Positions 22,967-58,200 of a stretch of 64,000 bases of DNA are shown piece by piece. The notes below the pieces were generated by a model. It was given only the letters and a program-made list of their open reading frames with translations. It searched no databases and was not told the DNA's origin. The position numbers and the translations under genes were made by a program. Source of the DNA: Gordius albopunctatus (lineage: Eukaryota); assembly GCA_964276515.1 (NCBI GenBank), contig OZ193910.1:1922001-1986000 (forward strand). Direction: 5' to 3'. Every line of letters begins with the position of its first letter. The first letter of the stretch is position 1.

Positions 22967-24542
22967 GGTCGCGATTTTACAGTTTTTACTGATCACAAAC
23001 CGTTAACTTACGCTCTCACTTCTAAACCCGATAAATACTCGCCGCGCGGAATACGACAATTAGACTATATCTCCCAATTTACTTCAAATATACAGTTTAT
23101 TAAATGTAAAGCGAATATAGTAGCAGACACTTTGTCCCGAAACGATATCGATTCCATACAACAACCAAACTCCACCCAACAGCCGAACACATCCCTCACA
23201 GAAAGAATTGCTATGACACAAAAACAAGAGCAATATCAACTAGAAAGCTCGAAAGTCTTAAACTGGAACAACGCGTAATTCCAGGTACAAATTTAACTAT
23301 TACGTACGATACATCTGCATCGACTTCGAAACCTTTAGTACCTATGACGCTCCGACGCATAGTTTTTAATCAACTGCATTGTCTTTCTCACCCAGCCTTA
23401 CGCCCAACATTTAAACTAAATGCCCAACGTTTTGTCTGGCCGGGAATGAACAAAGATGTACGCGATTGGACAAAGCAATGCATTGAATGTCAAAAATGCA
23501 AGGTAAATAGACACTTAATATCAACCCTAGGCACGTTCGCTGAACCAGACGCAAGGTTTAGCTACGTACATGTAGATCTCGTCGGACCTACCTTCTAACG
23601 GCCACATTTATATTTTTACTGCCGTTGATCGTTTCACCCGATGGCCGATTGCAATTCCCATTATTGACGCAACGGACGAAACCGTTGCACGCACATTTTT
23701 GACACACTGGATAGCCAACTTTGGTGTTCCGGTGACATTAACCACGGACCGGGGACCGCAATTCCAATCTGCCCTTTTTAAACAATTATCTATTTTATTA
23801 GGGTATCATCACATCACTACAACAACTTACCATCCACAAGCCAATGGGATGGTAGAGCGATTTCACCGACAGCTCAAAAGTTCAATCATGACAAAAGGTA
23901 ACGTTACCCGTTGGTGCGAACTTATTCCCCTTGTAATCCTAGTGATTCGCAACACCGTCAAGGAAGACCTCGCCTGTTCAAGCGCTGAGTTGGTATACGG
24001 TAGGAGGTTTTTTACAACCATTGGATTGCGACATAAACGCCGCCGATTACATCCAACGCCTTAGACAGCAGTTCGAAGATGTACGATTTACACCTTCCAG
24101 ACCATCGAACATCAAACAACAAATGTCCGGAAATTTATTTTCATCAACTCATGTTTTTATAAGGACTGATCGGCTACGCAAAGCCTTAGTTCCCCCCCCC
24201 CTATGAAGGACCTTTCAAAGTGATTGAAAAACATACTAAATTTTTTATCATATACCAAAATGGGAGGAAAGACACTGTCTCTATCGATCGATTAAAGCCA
24301 GCTTTCCTCGAGCCTAAGTTTGATAACCCTAATGCATCAGTTGACCGAAATTCACCCAAACCAAACAATCACTCACCGACCCAAAATTTAAACCAACCTA
24401 CCATTGTTTCTTCTACAAAACCTTCCACAAAACCTAGCGTACCACTTCCCAACCCAACCATTACCAAGTCGGGTCGCCAAGTTCATTGGCCCAAAAAGTT
24501 TGTTAATTTTATATGAACTCCGTTTTTACCCAGCGGAATATT

Positions 24543-24850
24543 TGTTGCGTCCATTGTCTTAATTGATTTGGAACTTAATTGACACATTTGCATTACCATA
24601 CTACTTCGCGATGTCAATTGACCAATCTGGCATACCTCGCGGATTCACCACTAAATGTAATCGATTTATTTACACCTCGCGGAGGCACCACTAAATTTAA
24701 TTGATTTATTCAATTAATTCACGAGTATATAAAGGAGTTAAAACACTTCTTACTTACTTTTCTCGCAAACGATTTGCTTTAATTGGATATACAATAAAGT
24801 AATTATTACTTTATCCTTCTGGTATTTACTTCCGTCGAGTTTGTTTAACA
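24543..24850 (+). repeat. Putative Gypsy 3' LTR
   Basis: TGTT...AACA termini, TATATAAA at ~24726, AATAAA at ~24793, internal 40-bp tandem repeat (24634/24674). RTE sequence resumes at 24851. Confidence 0.7.
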
Positions 24851-25830
24851 TCTCGGTTTTCCAGCATTATTCGTTATAGCATCGGTCTTCTTTGAGTGTC
24901 TCTTTGCTTCTTTTATTCGTAAAATCCTGCGTTTTTGTGATTTCTGCCATCGTCTCCGTCATCCTTAACTGATTGATCCCACCATCAGAGTTCCCTGTTA
25001 AAAACTTTGCCTTCTTTGGTTTCTCTTAGAGACTTAATCTTGGTTTCCTTTATATACGCGTCTAGCGTCTCCTAATCTCGTCTAGGTCCATTTTCATCTT
25101 CCTGACACCTAAACGTATCGAATTCGAACTTTCATAATCTTTTATTCTGTCTTGAAATTTTGTTTCCAATATCATAACAAGTCGACGATATTGCCTGGCA
25201 ATTTCTTATCCAAGTACAGTGCTTTCTATTTTTATCTGTCCCAATTCGTCTTTAAAAATAAGAAGGGTTATTTATCGCCATTTTTTCACCTTCTATGTTA
25301 CTCAAGCCATTCCCATAGCTGCAATGATTTTGTTCATTCCCGAGGCGATATTATCCTACGTCGGAGTAAAAGTCTGACCTAATTATTAGCTTTTCTTCCT
25401 CTAAGCCTTGTATCTTTGTTTCCACTGATTCCATAAACCGAATTTGAGGCGCATACACGCATAAAACTCCTGGGAGACTTCATGGATTCAAAATCTTCAC
25501 CCACATTAGTCTGTCTGAACAACGCTTGACGTACATAATATTGTCGTTAAACGATTTGCTTAGGATGACACCACCGATCTCGTTACTACGATTTGGTAAC
25601 TACTGCATAACTCCCGTGCTTTAGATCAACCTAGTCTCCCATAGGAAAGCAATAGCTTTTGTGCGACCTCTGCTCTTTCCAATCAACTTCCCCAATTTCA
25701 GCAGTTATTTGCATTCTATACACCACCAATTTCATTGACTCCTTTGTGAGTCTAGCGGTAACCTTAGTGTATTTTTGACATTGCTCGGGCGTGACATGCA
25801 GTTAATGTCGTTTATGGAGAACGCCCTACC
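24851..25830 (-). mobile_element. RTE LINE, 5' part (APE endonuclease region), degenerate
   Basis: Minus-strand CVYAPQ endonuclease motif at ~25445-25465 and WWDQSVKD at ~24960-24985, matching 51955-51980. Confidence 0.8.
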
Positions 25831-26073
25831 CTTTTGTTAGAAAGTTTTATTAAAACTCTCACGATTTTTGTGTGTTTTAATGCCTAATGACTTAACGGTA
25901 ACCCTCTACTTTTTGTACAAGTACTGGGACCGTTCTATTTAGTATTATTTAGTTAATGATTATCTAGTGAAATTTATTTAAAAAATGATATTTTTCATAT
26001 AGTTTTGCCTAAAAATCTTAGTTTTTTTTAAAATAATATTACTTTGGATCTTAAGAAAGTTAAAATGTGTTTT

Positions 26074-41051
<14,978 letters not shown>

Positions 41052-42814
41052 GTTATTTTTCGGATTTAAAATTTTTAAAAAAAGACTAGAAAGGGAGAGA
41101 GAGAAATGTTTCAGTTTGGTTTTAAAAATAACCTTGAATAAACTGCCTTAATCTTGAGCTCTAATTGCTAGGTCTGGAGTTAGTCAGCTCTAGGCATTTG
41201 TTTGTAAAACTACTATTGGACAACATAGAAATAATTAGTTTCTATATTAAAATGGCAATCGATACAATTATAATTTAGTTATTTAATTTATCATTCATTT
41301 TCTCTAATCTTAAAACATTCCCAAAAAATTTATATTTTTCAATTTTATGCAATAGGAACAATATTTGAGGATAGCCTTTGTTTAACTTACGTACGATTAG
41401 CCAAAAGGCGAAAAAATTGTTGAAATTTATTAAAATTATGGGGAAAATTTTAAAAAATGATCATTTCGCCCCTCCACAAATCATTATTTCCCCCCACTGA
41501 TCCCAATACTAGCTACACCAATGGTCAAAGCTATGGAATTATAAAATCAATCGGCAAACTGTTTGCATATTCTGGTAGAGTTTTACACGTTGAACAGAAA
41601 TATGTTTCTGGGTTTTCCACTATACGTCAAGTTTTTGAAATATTTGTTGTCCAAGTTGGTAAAAATAGCGATTTTGGCGTTTTTCAAACCTCAATAACTT
41701 GCACATTATTCAATAAAATTTTAGTTTAATAAATTTGATGTAAAAATTTTTTGCCCTAACTATATTAATTTTTATTATATATATTTAAAATTAACTTATC
41801 TCTATCATTTTACATTGACAAATTTTCGCTTCCCTGAATTAAGTGCCTGTTTATCTAATAAGGCCTATGTTTTCTTATTAGTTGACCTTTAGACTTAGTC
41901 GGAATATGAAAATCAGACCAAATGTAGTTGAAATTTTTATAATAGAGCAAAGGTTTCTCAAATCCTTTGCCAATCGATTTTTATTTTTGGATTAGATGGA
42001 TTTGGACGGAGAAAAAATAGTATGATTTTATTTTTTAAATTTGTGGATCATTTAGTAACTTTAAAAATAAGTGATAGAGGCACCTTTTTAATTGTACTGA
42101 TTGGATTATGCTAATGTTTGACCGTGATTTATAATAATGGTGTTTGGCTTTAATAATATATTTTGAGAAATTTTTTAAATGTCAACAAATTCTGTGACTA
42201 TTGTCAAATATAGGGCTAAAATAACTTTCTTAACAAAATTGTAGGCTTGGTGTTTATAAAATCAAATGTCAACTTTTTGTGGTGACAATTGTCATAATTG
42301 TGGTTTATAGAGCTAAATAAATAATTTAAACGAAAACTGTTATGTCAATGTGTCATAAGATTAGTTCAAATTTAAAATCTAAATTTGTCAATTGGCGTAA
42401 ATACATAATATATCAGAAAGAAAATCAACAGAAGAGTTCAATTAAGTTCCCCCGTCAAAAAAAAACTAGATATATTTGGCTGAATATTGATATGTACAGT
42501 GAGATAAACAAGTTGTGAATCGAAAGCATATAAAAACAGCCGAGGGTTTTGCTATAAAACACACATTTATTTTTACCCCCGAAAATAAGAAAAGTAAATT
42601 AAAATTGGCCCTAAAATCAAATTTATATTCAAACCTGCCATTTCGTTGATGAAATTATCCTATTTAAACGCGAAAAACTTTTAAAAAACCTCTATACAAG
42701 CATATTTCAAATGAATATTCCCTTTCTTTAGCTATTTTGATTGAAGTTTATTATCATGATTATATATACAAAAATTGTGTTGTTACAATATAAATAAATG
42801 CAATATTATAAAAA

Positions 42815-49754
<6,940 letters not shown>

Positions 49755-49843
49755 CTTTTTAAATTCAAGCAGATTCAATATGCAATATGGTACAGGGGAG
49801 TGAGTACAGAATTTTTAATCCAATGCATAAATAAACCATAGAC

Positions 49844-49992
49844 CAATGTTGTAAAAACGGATGGGTTTTGTTTGTCAACCTTTGGTTTAATTTATTAAGT
49901 ATAAATAGATCAAAGACTTTTGGTTTCTCAGTTTTAGTTTAGTCGACCTAAACCAAAGGTCAAAACAAAACCCTGCCGTTTTTACAACACTA
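49844..49992. mobile_element. hAT-type MITE, family B, just upstream of the MCM5 start codon
   Basis: TGTTGTAAAAACGG / CCGTTTTTACAACACTA TIRs; TSD CCATAGAC / CTATAGAC (7/8). Confidence 0.85.
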
Positions 49993-51059
49993 CTATAGAC
50001 GGATAATTTAGTCTATTTGCCAGTCTGTGTGCACAAAGAAAAATTATCCGTATAAAATACATAAATATCTATAATGGAATTGGAGAAAGCCTACCAATAG
50101 TAGAACTAAAAAGCTTCATTAACTTCCATTCAGCAGTTTTTTATAATTAATTAAAAGATGTAAATTATCATTTAACTTTTAGGATATACATGACATATTT
50201 ATGTGATCTCTATTCATAAATTACCTTTTAAATTTAATAAATTTTAGATTTTTATGGTTATAAAATGCTTTATTATAAACAATTTTTGTTAAATGGGATA
50301 AATTATTAACTTCACAAAATGTGAGGTCTGATTCCGACTAAAAGTATTTAAAGAGGCATCTGTTAACATTTGAATAAAATGTTTGTTAATTTTTTCTAAG
50401 ATCTAGTCTAACGACATTTGATGATTATAACATTAATGATTAAAGCCGGAAAGTAATGAAACTTGGAGTTAGAGATAAATATTAGTTAATTGTGCCAAAA
50501 TCTGCCAACCATCGCAAAATATTTTCGAGAAAAAAATAGAATAGACGCAAATATACTTGTGGCGAAATATCTAATTTAAAAAAGATAAACAATTTTAGAT
50601 TGAAAATAAAATTCCCCTTTATGAAATTGAATTAGACTTCCAACGATAAAACGTCTCCGGAAAGTTTAAATACAATAATATTTTAAATAATATGTTAAAG
50701 TAGAAATAAAACATTTTAAAATGAGAAATTCAAGAGGTGTTGTCCCTCTTTTTAAAAAAGAGGTTTAGGTGAATCGATCATTCAAAAAGAACTAATTAAG
50801 TTCAAATATCTTACTAGGTATATATATACACATAAACAATATCAAATGTGTATTACTAAGATTTCTTGTAAAAATCTCTAGGTAAGAAGTGATTACCTCG
50901 TTGCAGTGACTTAGGCAGGATAGCTTAAAAAAGGGAGAGGGGGATGTTAAATTTTTATAAAATAAATTTAAACAAAAATTTGTTAATTTTTTTTAATGTT
51001 AAAATTCTTAAATTAGGTAAAAGTGATACATGAAATATATAATAAACGAGCATAAAATA

Positions 51060-51660
51060 ATATTAAAAATAAAAAACTATTCATCAGATTCGTCAATACA
51101 CATCATCGGCCACGTGTCAGACAAAGATTTGTAATTATATTTAGCAATAAAAATGCCGATTTTTTGATGTAAAATCAAGCTGGAGCTTTGGGTGATCTGT
51201 TTCTATCGATTTAAAAAATGCTAATGCTTTCTTACCAAAAGTAGCGAAACAGGAAGCTACTATTAGAATAAAATTTAAGATTGAGCAATGCCTCGGTATT
51301 TGAGAGTTTTACGGTCTTCCGCACAGGAAAGTGGGTTTAAATTATTATTAGTTGGCTCGAAGATATCGAAGCAGGTAAAGTCCCAAGCTAGGAACTTGTC
51401 ATCCTCCCAAGGGATCATAGAAGCTCCGTCGGGAGGCATTCCTCCTTCTAAAGAAGGATCGGATGGTTCGATCTTGGAAGGAGTGCAAACCATTTTTAAA
51501 GCCGATTGAATCAAAAGGTTTATCTTTTGATGACGAATAAAGCGATATTTGTTTAACTTGCAATGGAGTGGGTGATGAGCCCAGATACCTATTTCCTTGT
51601 TGCAATTTTTGCAGGGATATCCTATAATAACTTTAATACCTAGGCGTATAGCTATTGATC
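51060..51660 (-). mobile_element. CRE-like retrotransposon 3' fragment (zinc knuckle and RLE)
   Basis: EPSDPSLEGGMPPDGASMIPWEDDKFLAWDFTC, closely related to 59275-59790. Confidence 0.88.
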
Positions 51661-51669
51661 AGTAGTGTA

Positions 51670-53845
51670 GGGGGAGAAGAAATTGCCAGGAAACATCGTC
51701 CCCTTGTTATGGATCTTGACAGATGAGTATTTACCGAATGAAGAAAGGTCTATGAACCTTGAATTCGATACGAAAGGCTAAAGGATACGTCAACGAACAA
51801 AGAATACCATCAAAAAGCCTGCTCACTCTTGGGTGCAAGGAAGTTGAAAAGGGACGTAGACGACGATTGGGAGACGCTATCTAAGGACATTAAGGAAACA
51901 GCGATTCGTGTTCTAGGACAGATCAAAGGAGCCAAAGCTATGAATAGGGAACTATGGTGGTGGGATCAATCGGTTAAAGATTTCATCAAAAGAAAGAAAG
52001 ATCTATATAGACGGTGGCATAAATCATAAACTCGGAGGATTATCAAGAGTACAGGTACGCAAAGAGGGCCGCAAAAAAGGTCGTTGCAAAAGCGAAGAAT
52101 GCCGCGTACACCGAGATGGCAAACAAACTGGATCATAAAGGGGGCGATAGGCTTATGTACAAATTGGCCAAGATAAGGGAGAAGAAAAGTCGCGATGTCG
52201 GAGTTCTTAAAATAGTCAAAAGCGAGAAAGGTCAATCCTTATTGAAGCCGAAAGAAGTGATGGAAAGGTGGAAATGGTATTTTAAGAAACTTATGAATAT
52301 TGCAAATGACAAGGATTCCCTTCCCGAAATTGAGTCAAATATAAGAATGGTCTAACTCTCTCAGGAGGAGGAAGTTAGAACACAAATAAACACGATGAAA
52401 AAAGGAAAAGCAAATAGCCCAGATGGAATACCTATGGAAGCATTGCTCGGATGTCGTGAAGAAGGAGTCACCACCATGGCGAACCTTGTTAACAAGATAT
52501 TGGTAGAAAAGCGAATCCCTAATCAATGGAGAGCAAGCACGATTTAACCATTATTTAAAGGCAAAGGAGACCCTCAGGTCTGCGTCAATTACAGAGGTAT
52601 CAAGCTAACTTGCCACTCCTTGAAGCTTTTGGAAAGGATCTTAGTAACAAGGCTGAAAAGCGAGGTGGAAATATCAGCTAATCAATTCGGATTCGTGGCC
52701 GGCAAATCCACAACGACCCAATCTTCGCCCTAAGACAAATGATGGATAAGTATGGTGAAAAGAGGAAAGACCTACATATGGTTTTTATCGACTTGGAGAA
52801 AGCTTATGACACGGTCCTCCGCGATTTAATATGGTGGTGCCTGAGGAAACAAAATATCCCTGACGCATATATACGGCTTATGAAAAATATTTATGAAGCT
52901 TCAAACTCTTGCGTTAGGACGACAGTTGGAGACTCAAAACCTTTTCGGGTTAATATTGGATTACATCAAGGCTCTGCTTTAAGTCCCTTTTTATTTAATA
53001 TAATTATAGACACGATAACGAGGGACGTTCAAAAGCCTTCGCCTTGGTGTATGCTATATGCCGATGATATAGTACTATGCGAGGAAACAAGAGAGAAAAT
53101 ATTCGAAGAAGCCTAAAAGTGGTCAAAACGCTTAGCTGGATATGGTTTAAAGGTCAACGATCGAAAAACGGTATACATGGAAATTAACGTTTCAGGCACC
53201 CCATCGCTAGATGACCAGCTTAAATATCCAAAAGTAAACAGGTTCACATACCTCGTCTCGATGCTACATCAAGAGGGAGGTTGCGCAACAGAAGTCAATG
53301 CCCGGATCCAAAAAGGATGGCTTAAATGGCGAAGTATATCCGGTGTAATGTGCGACAAGAAAATGCCAATATGGTTGAAGAGCAAAGCTTACAAATCGAT
53401 CGTAATACCGGTGTTACTCTATGGAAGTGAAACATGGACATTAAACACCACGGAATTAGAGCTATTACAAGCCACAGTGATGAGAATGATACGGTGGAGC
53501 TTGGGGTATACTAAGCTCGACCATATGACGAATGATTTTCTCATGACAAAAATGGGTATTCAATCTATGGCGGACATGATTAACGAAAATCGGCTAAGCT
53601 GGTATGGGCATATACTAAGGAGGGATACGGATGACGTAAATCAAAAAGTACTGGACATGGAGGTACCGGGGAAGAGAGAAAGAGGACGACCCCGTGTCAC
53701 GTGGAAAGGGCAAGTCGATAAAGTTACGGAAACTAAAGAGATTATTCAAGACATGGCACTCACCCGGTCAAGATGGAAGAAACTTATCAAAACAAACTCC
53801 ACCAATGTGGGACCAAATAACTGATAAAGAAGAAGAAAAAGATAA
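51670..53845 (+). mobile_element. RTE-clade LINE, 5'-truncated, with stops and frameshifts
   Basis: WWWDQ, PDGIP, NYRGIKL, FIDLEKAYD, HQGSALSP, YADD and RGRPRVTW motifs; GAA-rich 3' tail at ~53825-53840. Confidence 0.95.
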
Positions 53846-55207
53846 TAATCAAATATAATAGATTTTTAAAAAATATCTAAGGTTATTGTCACATAAATTG
53901 TGAAATCACATTGACACATGTATTGTTATAGCTTTCAACATAAGCGTAGCCAAGGGCGGCTGCCCCTCTCTAAATTCAAAAATTTATTGAAAATTATTAA
54001 AATTATGGCTGAAATTTTAAAATGATCAATTTGCCCTTCCCTAAATCATTATTGCCCCCCCCCCCCAATCCCTATGCTGGCTACGCCCATGGGTTTCTAC
54101 CTATTTGATTATTGGTCAAAATTATATACTAAAAATTAAATTATTTAACATAACAATAAAAAATTTAAAAAAATTTATAGTAAATTTTGATTTTTTAAAG
54201 CAAAATAAATCCCAGTGACCTAGCATGTTCATATTATATGAACCATAACTTCTAAACAAATATGAAAACAAACTTGACACTAATATATTTTAATTCCTAT
54301 TTATGAATAACAAGAAATACAATATAACCAAGATAAAATTTGGATATTGTCATTTAAGTTTAAAATAATAGCTCTAGGATAAAATGATAATGATTAAAGC
54401 CTTTATTTTAAGAATAAATTTATAATACCATGTTAAAGAGGACTTAGAAATAAATTATAATAAAAAATATGGTTTTGCTAATTGTATTTTGGAAGTTACA
54501 TCTTAAAATACTGCAAATTAATTGTAAATAAACAAATCTTGTATTTACAAAAAATTCTAGTTTAAATATGCATAATTGTCAGAAAATATGATTCCTATAT
54601 AGAATATTTATGGGTGAAGTTTCGTTTATTATAAGTAAGTCAACATAAAATATCATATTAAATAATAATAATAATAGGAAATATTTTATTATATATGACA
54701 AGTAATGGACAGATATGGAATGTTTAAATTTAATAGATTAACGTTTTGTAAATAACATTGCACGATAAAATTACAACTTTAAAGCTGACAAACAATTTGT
54801 GTAATATAAAAGATTACAAAATAGGTTCAAAAATAGATAGACTTATAACGAACGGACATATGTTATATAAATTTAGTAGTTATGCTTAGGTCAATAGCAA
54901 AAATTAGAATAATTTACTAGTTAATAAAATATTCATCTCAATGCATATATTACATTTACGTTTTTTACATTGGGACCTACCAAGATTGCACTATTATTAA
55001 TAACTATGATGTGATGTGAGATTCTACATATTGATTGTAAAAGAAAATTACAAATATTTACATCCATCTTTATAGGTTTAGTGTTTGATGATATTTAATT
55101 ATATAGCAGTGAACACATTTGTTAGTATGTATTTTTGACTTGTTATGTATATATGTAAAGATATTCTAGATTAAAGAAGCAAAACTTAATCCCAAACACT
55201 TAAATTA

Positions 55208-58200
55208 TTATCCGGTGTAAAGTGCAGTTGGGGTATAAGTCACATTTCCGTTAGCAGACACCCTAGGTTTTCTAAAAGGTAAGTCACGTCTTTTAGAGCC
55301 TAGTCTAGCGGAACCCAATTTCCCAGGGGGTTGTTTACGATCTGATGGGTCCATGATGACAGTCATATGGTCGGCCGTACCGTAACGCATATCGAGGTCT
55401 AGAGGATCCGGCCCGTCGGCCATCAGCTTGTCGGCGTCGTCTGCCAGTACTCTGCCAGGTTCGGTTAATCCTTTATGGGGGCCGCCATTATCCTCATCAT
55501 TTTCGGATTGCGTATCGCTCAACAAAGGTTTTCGGGCAGTGGCCCGCCCATTACAATTCGCAGAGTCCTGTACGTAAAAACGCCCATTTTTGCTAGAGCC
55601 CATTCTGGCGGGCCCTTTAACTAGCCTGGAGGCGCAGGTCAAACAGGTTATGGTGATGGCCGCAAATACTAGGCAAAGTCCGATCGCGAAAGCGAGCGCA
55701 GCTCGGCCTTTGTCACGTGGTCTAATCTTGATTGAGCTAGGCTCCTATAGTACACACACGGAATTTATAAAGTTAGATCACATTAATTTTTACATTCCCT
55801 TGGTAGGGAGCCTTGCAAAAAGGATTAATTAATAAAATTATCCATTTATAATGCTAATTTATCTCTTAAATTTCTAAATTACCACATTTAAATTTTTACA
55901 AGGCGAGTTATTCGGCCTGTTTAAGGGAGTTTAAGGTATTGAATATATATATCTATACTAGCTGACCCAGCAAACGTTGTTTTGTTATATACATTATTTC
56001 TAGAAAATACTATAAGCGATGTGAATGCTCATCCTTATGCCTCGATCATATAATGAGCGATTAAAATATAATTGTCCTATGGGAAATAATTCACGAATTT
56101 AATGTAGGAAGAATTATTAACACGCTAAATTTAAACACATAAAGCAAAGTACTTAACATCAAATTTTTTATTGCTTTGCTTTACACATTTTGCCTATGTA
56201 AATATACTGTCAAATAAATTAATACATGCCTAAAGAATTATTTAATTTGTAAATTGCCACAGGTTTGTTTACTTTTTTTGGCCCTACCGCAAAATCACGA
56301 TTCTGGCAAATGGCCGTTTTCGGACTTCAATCAAAACCCCAACCCCCCCCCCTGAAAATCTGTTTTATTTTTGCGCCTGTACATATTTTAGCGCATCCAG
56401 CTGTTCACTTATTTGGGCAAACTACAATTCAGCTTACAAACTTTAGGTATATCATTGGCCGCCAACTTAGCTTTATTGCAATAGAGTCTCATTGTTATCA
56501 TGCTTAGCTGATATATTGTGTAGTTTAAGCCAACAGGTACCATTATAGACGTAGCCCGACCCTCTACCCTCAATTTGCCCTCCGTTAATTTTTACTATTG
56601 CTTAAATTGTATAGGAAATGAATACTCCCATACGAATTTAGAAGAGCCTAATAAGGCCACATAAAGATAGCAAGTAGGCAGGGGTTTAAGGGGCGGAGCT
56701 CCTTGAGTAAGGTTTAGAGGGGCAGCCCCAGCCGGGGTACAGGGGTGAAGCCGTTTGTTTGAATCTTCTTCTTCTTTATCAGTTATTTGGTCCCACGGTC
56801 GTGGGGTTTGTTTTGATAAGTTTCTTGCATCTTGACCGGGTGAGTGCCATGTCTTGACTACTCTTTAGTTTTCATAAATTTATCGCCTTGCCCGTTCCAT
56901 GTGACACGGAATCATCCTCTTCCTTTCTTCTCCAGCACCTCCATGTCCAGTACTTTTCGATTTAGGTCATTTGTGTCCCCCCTTAGTATATGTTCATATC
57001 ACCTTAACCAATTTTCGTCAATCATGTCCGCCATAGGTTGAATATTCATTTTTGTCATGAGAAAGTCATTCGTCATATGGTCGAGCTTAGTTCACCCCAA
57101 GCTCCACCGTAGAATTCTCATCTCTGTGACCTTTATAAGTTTTATTCCCTGGTGTTTAATGCCGATGCTTATTAATCAATTTTTAATTCCTTATTTAATT
57201 TATTATAATAATGTCAAGTTCGACAAAAAATAAGGTTTTTTTAAACTTACTTTGTTGTTCATATGTATTCTATCTTTATCTAATTATTTTAATAATCCAC
57301 AGTCCAGGTTTGAAATGCTCCATAAAATGACTACTGTCTTACGTTAATTTGTATGAGTAGTACGGCCCGAGGCGAAAAGCCATTTTTATTTTTGCCCCGA
57401 ATCGAGCCCGGAGCAACATCATTAATCTCGCTTATTTCCGAAACATGCGAATATTCCCTAAATTCCTAAGCAAATCCTCCTTTTTGTTTAAAATATGCCT
57501 AGATATACAGCATTAAAAACTGAGATATTATGAGGGGTCGTAAAAAAGAATTGCCCACAAACCTTACTTTGGTCAATAAGCTATCAGTGTACTCAGATAA
57601 TTCATAAAAACTTAAAGCAACCGGTATAAGAATGGACGTAGCCAAGCCCTCAAACATTAAGGTTCGTTTTTCTCCCCTGCTTAAATTCCACAGCAAATAA
57701 AATGTTTTTCAACGAAGTGTAGAAGAGTTTAGGTTAAAGGCTCAACAAAAAACAACACGGGGTCCGGGGGCGCTACCTAAAACCAAAGAACCGAGGACAA
57801 TAACTTGTTAGGAGTTAGGGGCGGAGCCCTTCTCAGAGGTCTGAAGAACTGAGATATATCAACATTTATTGGCACTTTGTTAAAAATATTTTCATATTTC
57901 TCCTTATTTAACGCGCAAAAAATGAGAAAATTAGATTTCTTAATTTATTTAGGCACACAGGAGGGGACACAACCGTTCTATAATAATAATAAATGACGTG
58001 AAAAATAAGCAAAAAAATGACCTTGATATTTAATGTTTCAAACCGCGTAAAAAGTTTCCATTTTCCGCAACACATGCCTACTGCATTTATCACACTGACA
58101 CTACCTACACGAAAGATACGCAGTACGTCATGAGGTTGCGTTTGAGTGACATTTTATTAAACGTCAAGACGTATAAAACTAAATAACTTGACCGTCTTAT

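Larger units (their letters stand above)
20851..24850. mobile_element. Gypsy pol (RT end, RNase H, integrase) as an inverted duplication, ending in a 3' LTR
   Basis: Minus arm 20851-22356 and plus arm 22860-24365 are reverse complements. Integrase HHCC, VHVDLVGP, TTDRG and MVERFH motifs are in both arms. Pol stop at 24516. Confidence 0.95.

Noticed and set aside
24634..24713. 40-bp direct repeats as a CRISPR-like array
   Set aside because: Only two adjacent units with no spacers, inside a putative LTR in a eukaryotic genome.
50559..50570. E2F-like site (TTTCGCCA on minus) upstream of MCM5
   Set aside because: Imperfect single match and TSS unknown.
57251..57279. Possible host mini-exon (GTAAGT donor) inside the Helitron
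   Set aside because: The flanking exons can be joined in frame without it; no support without RNA data.
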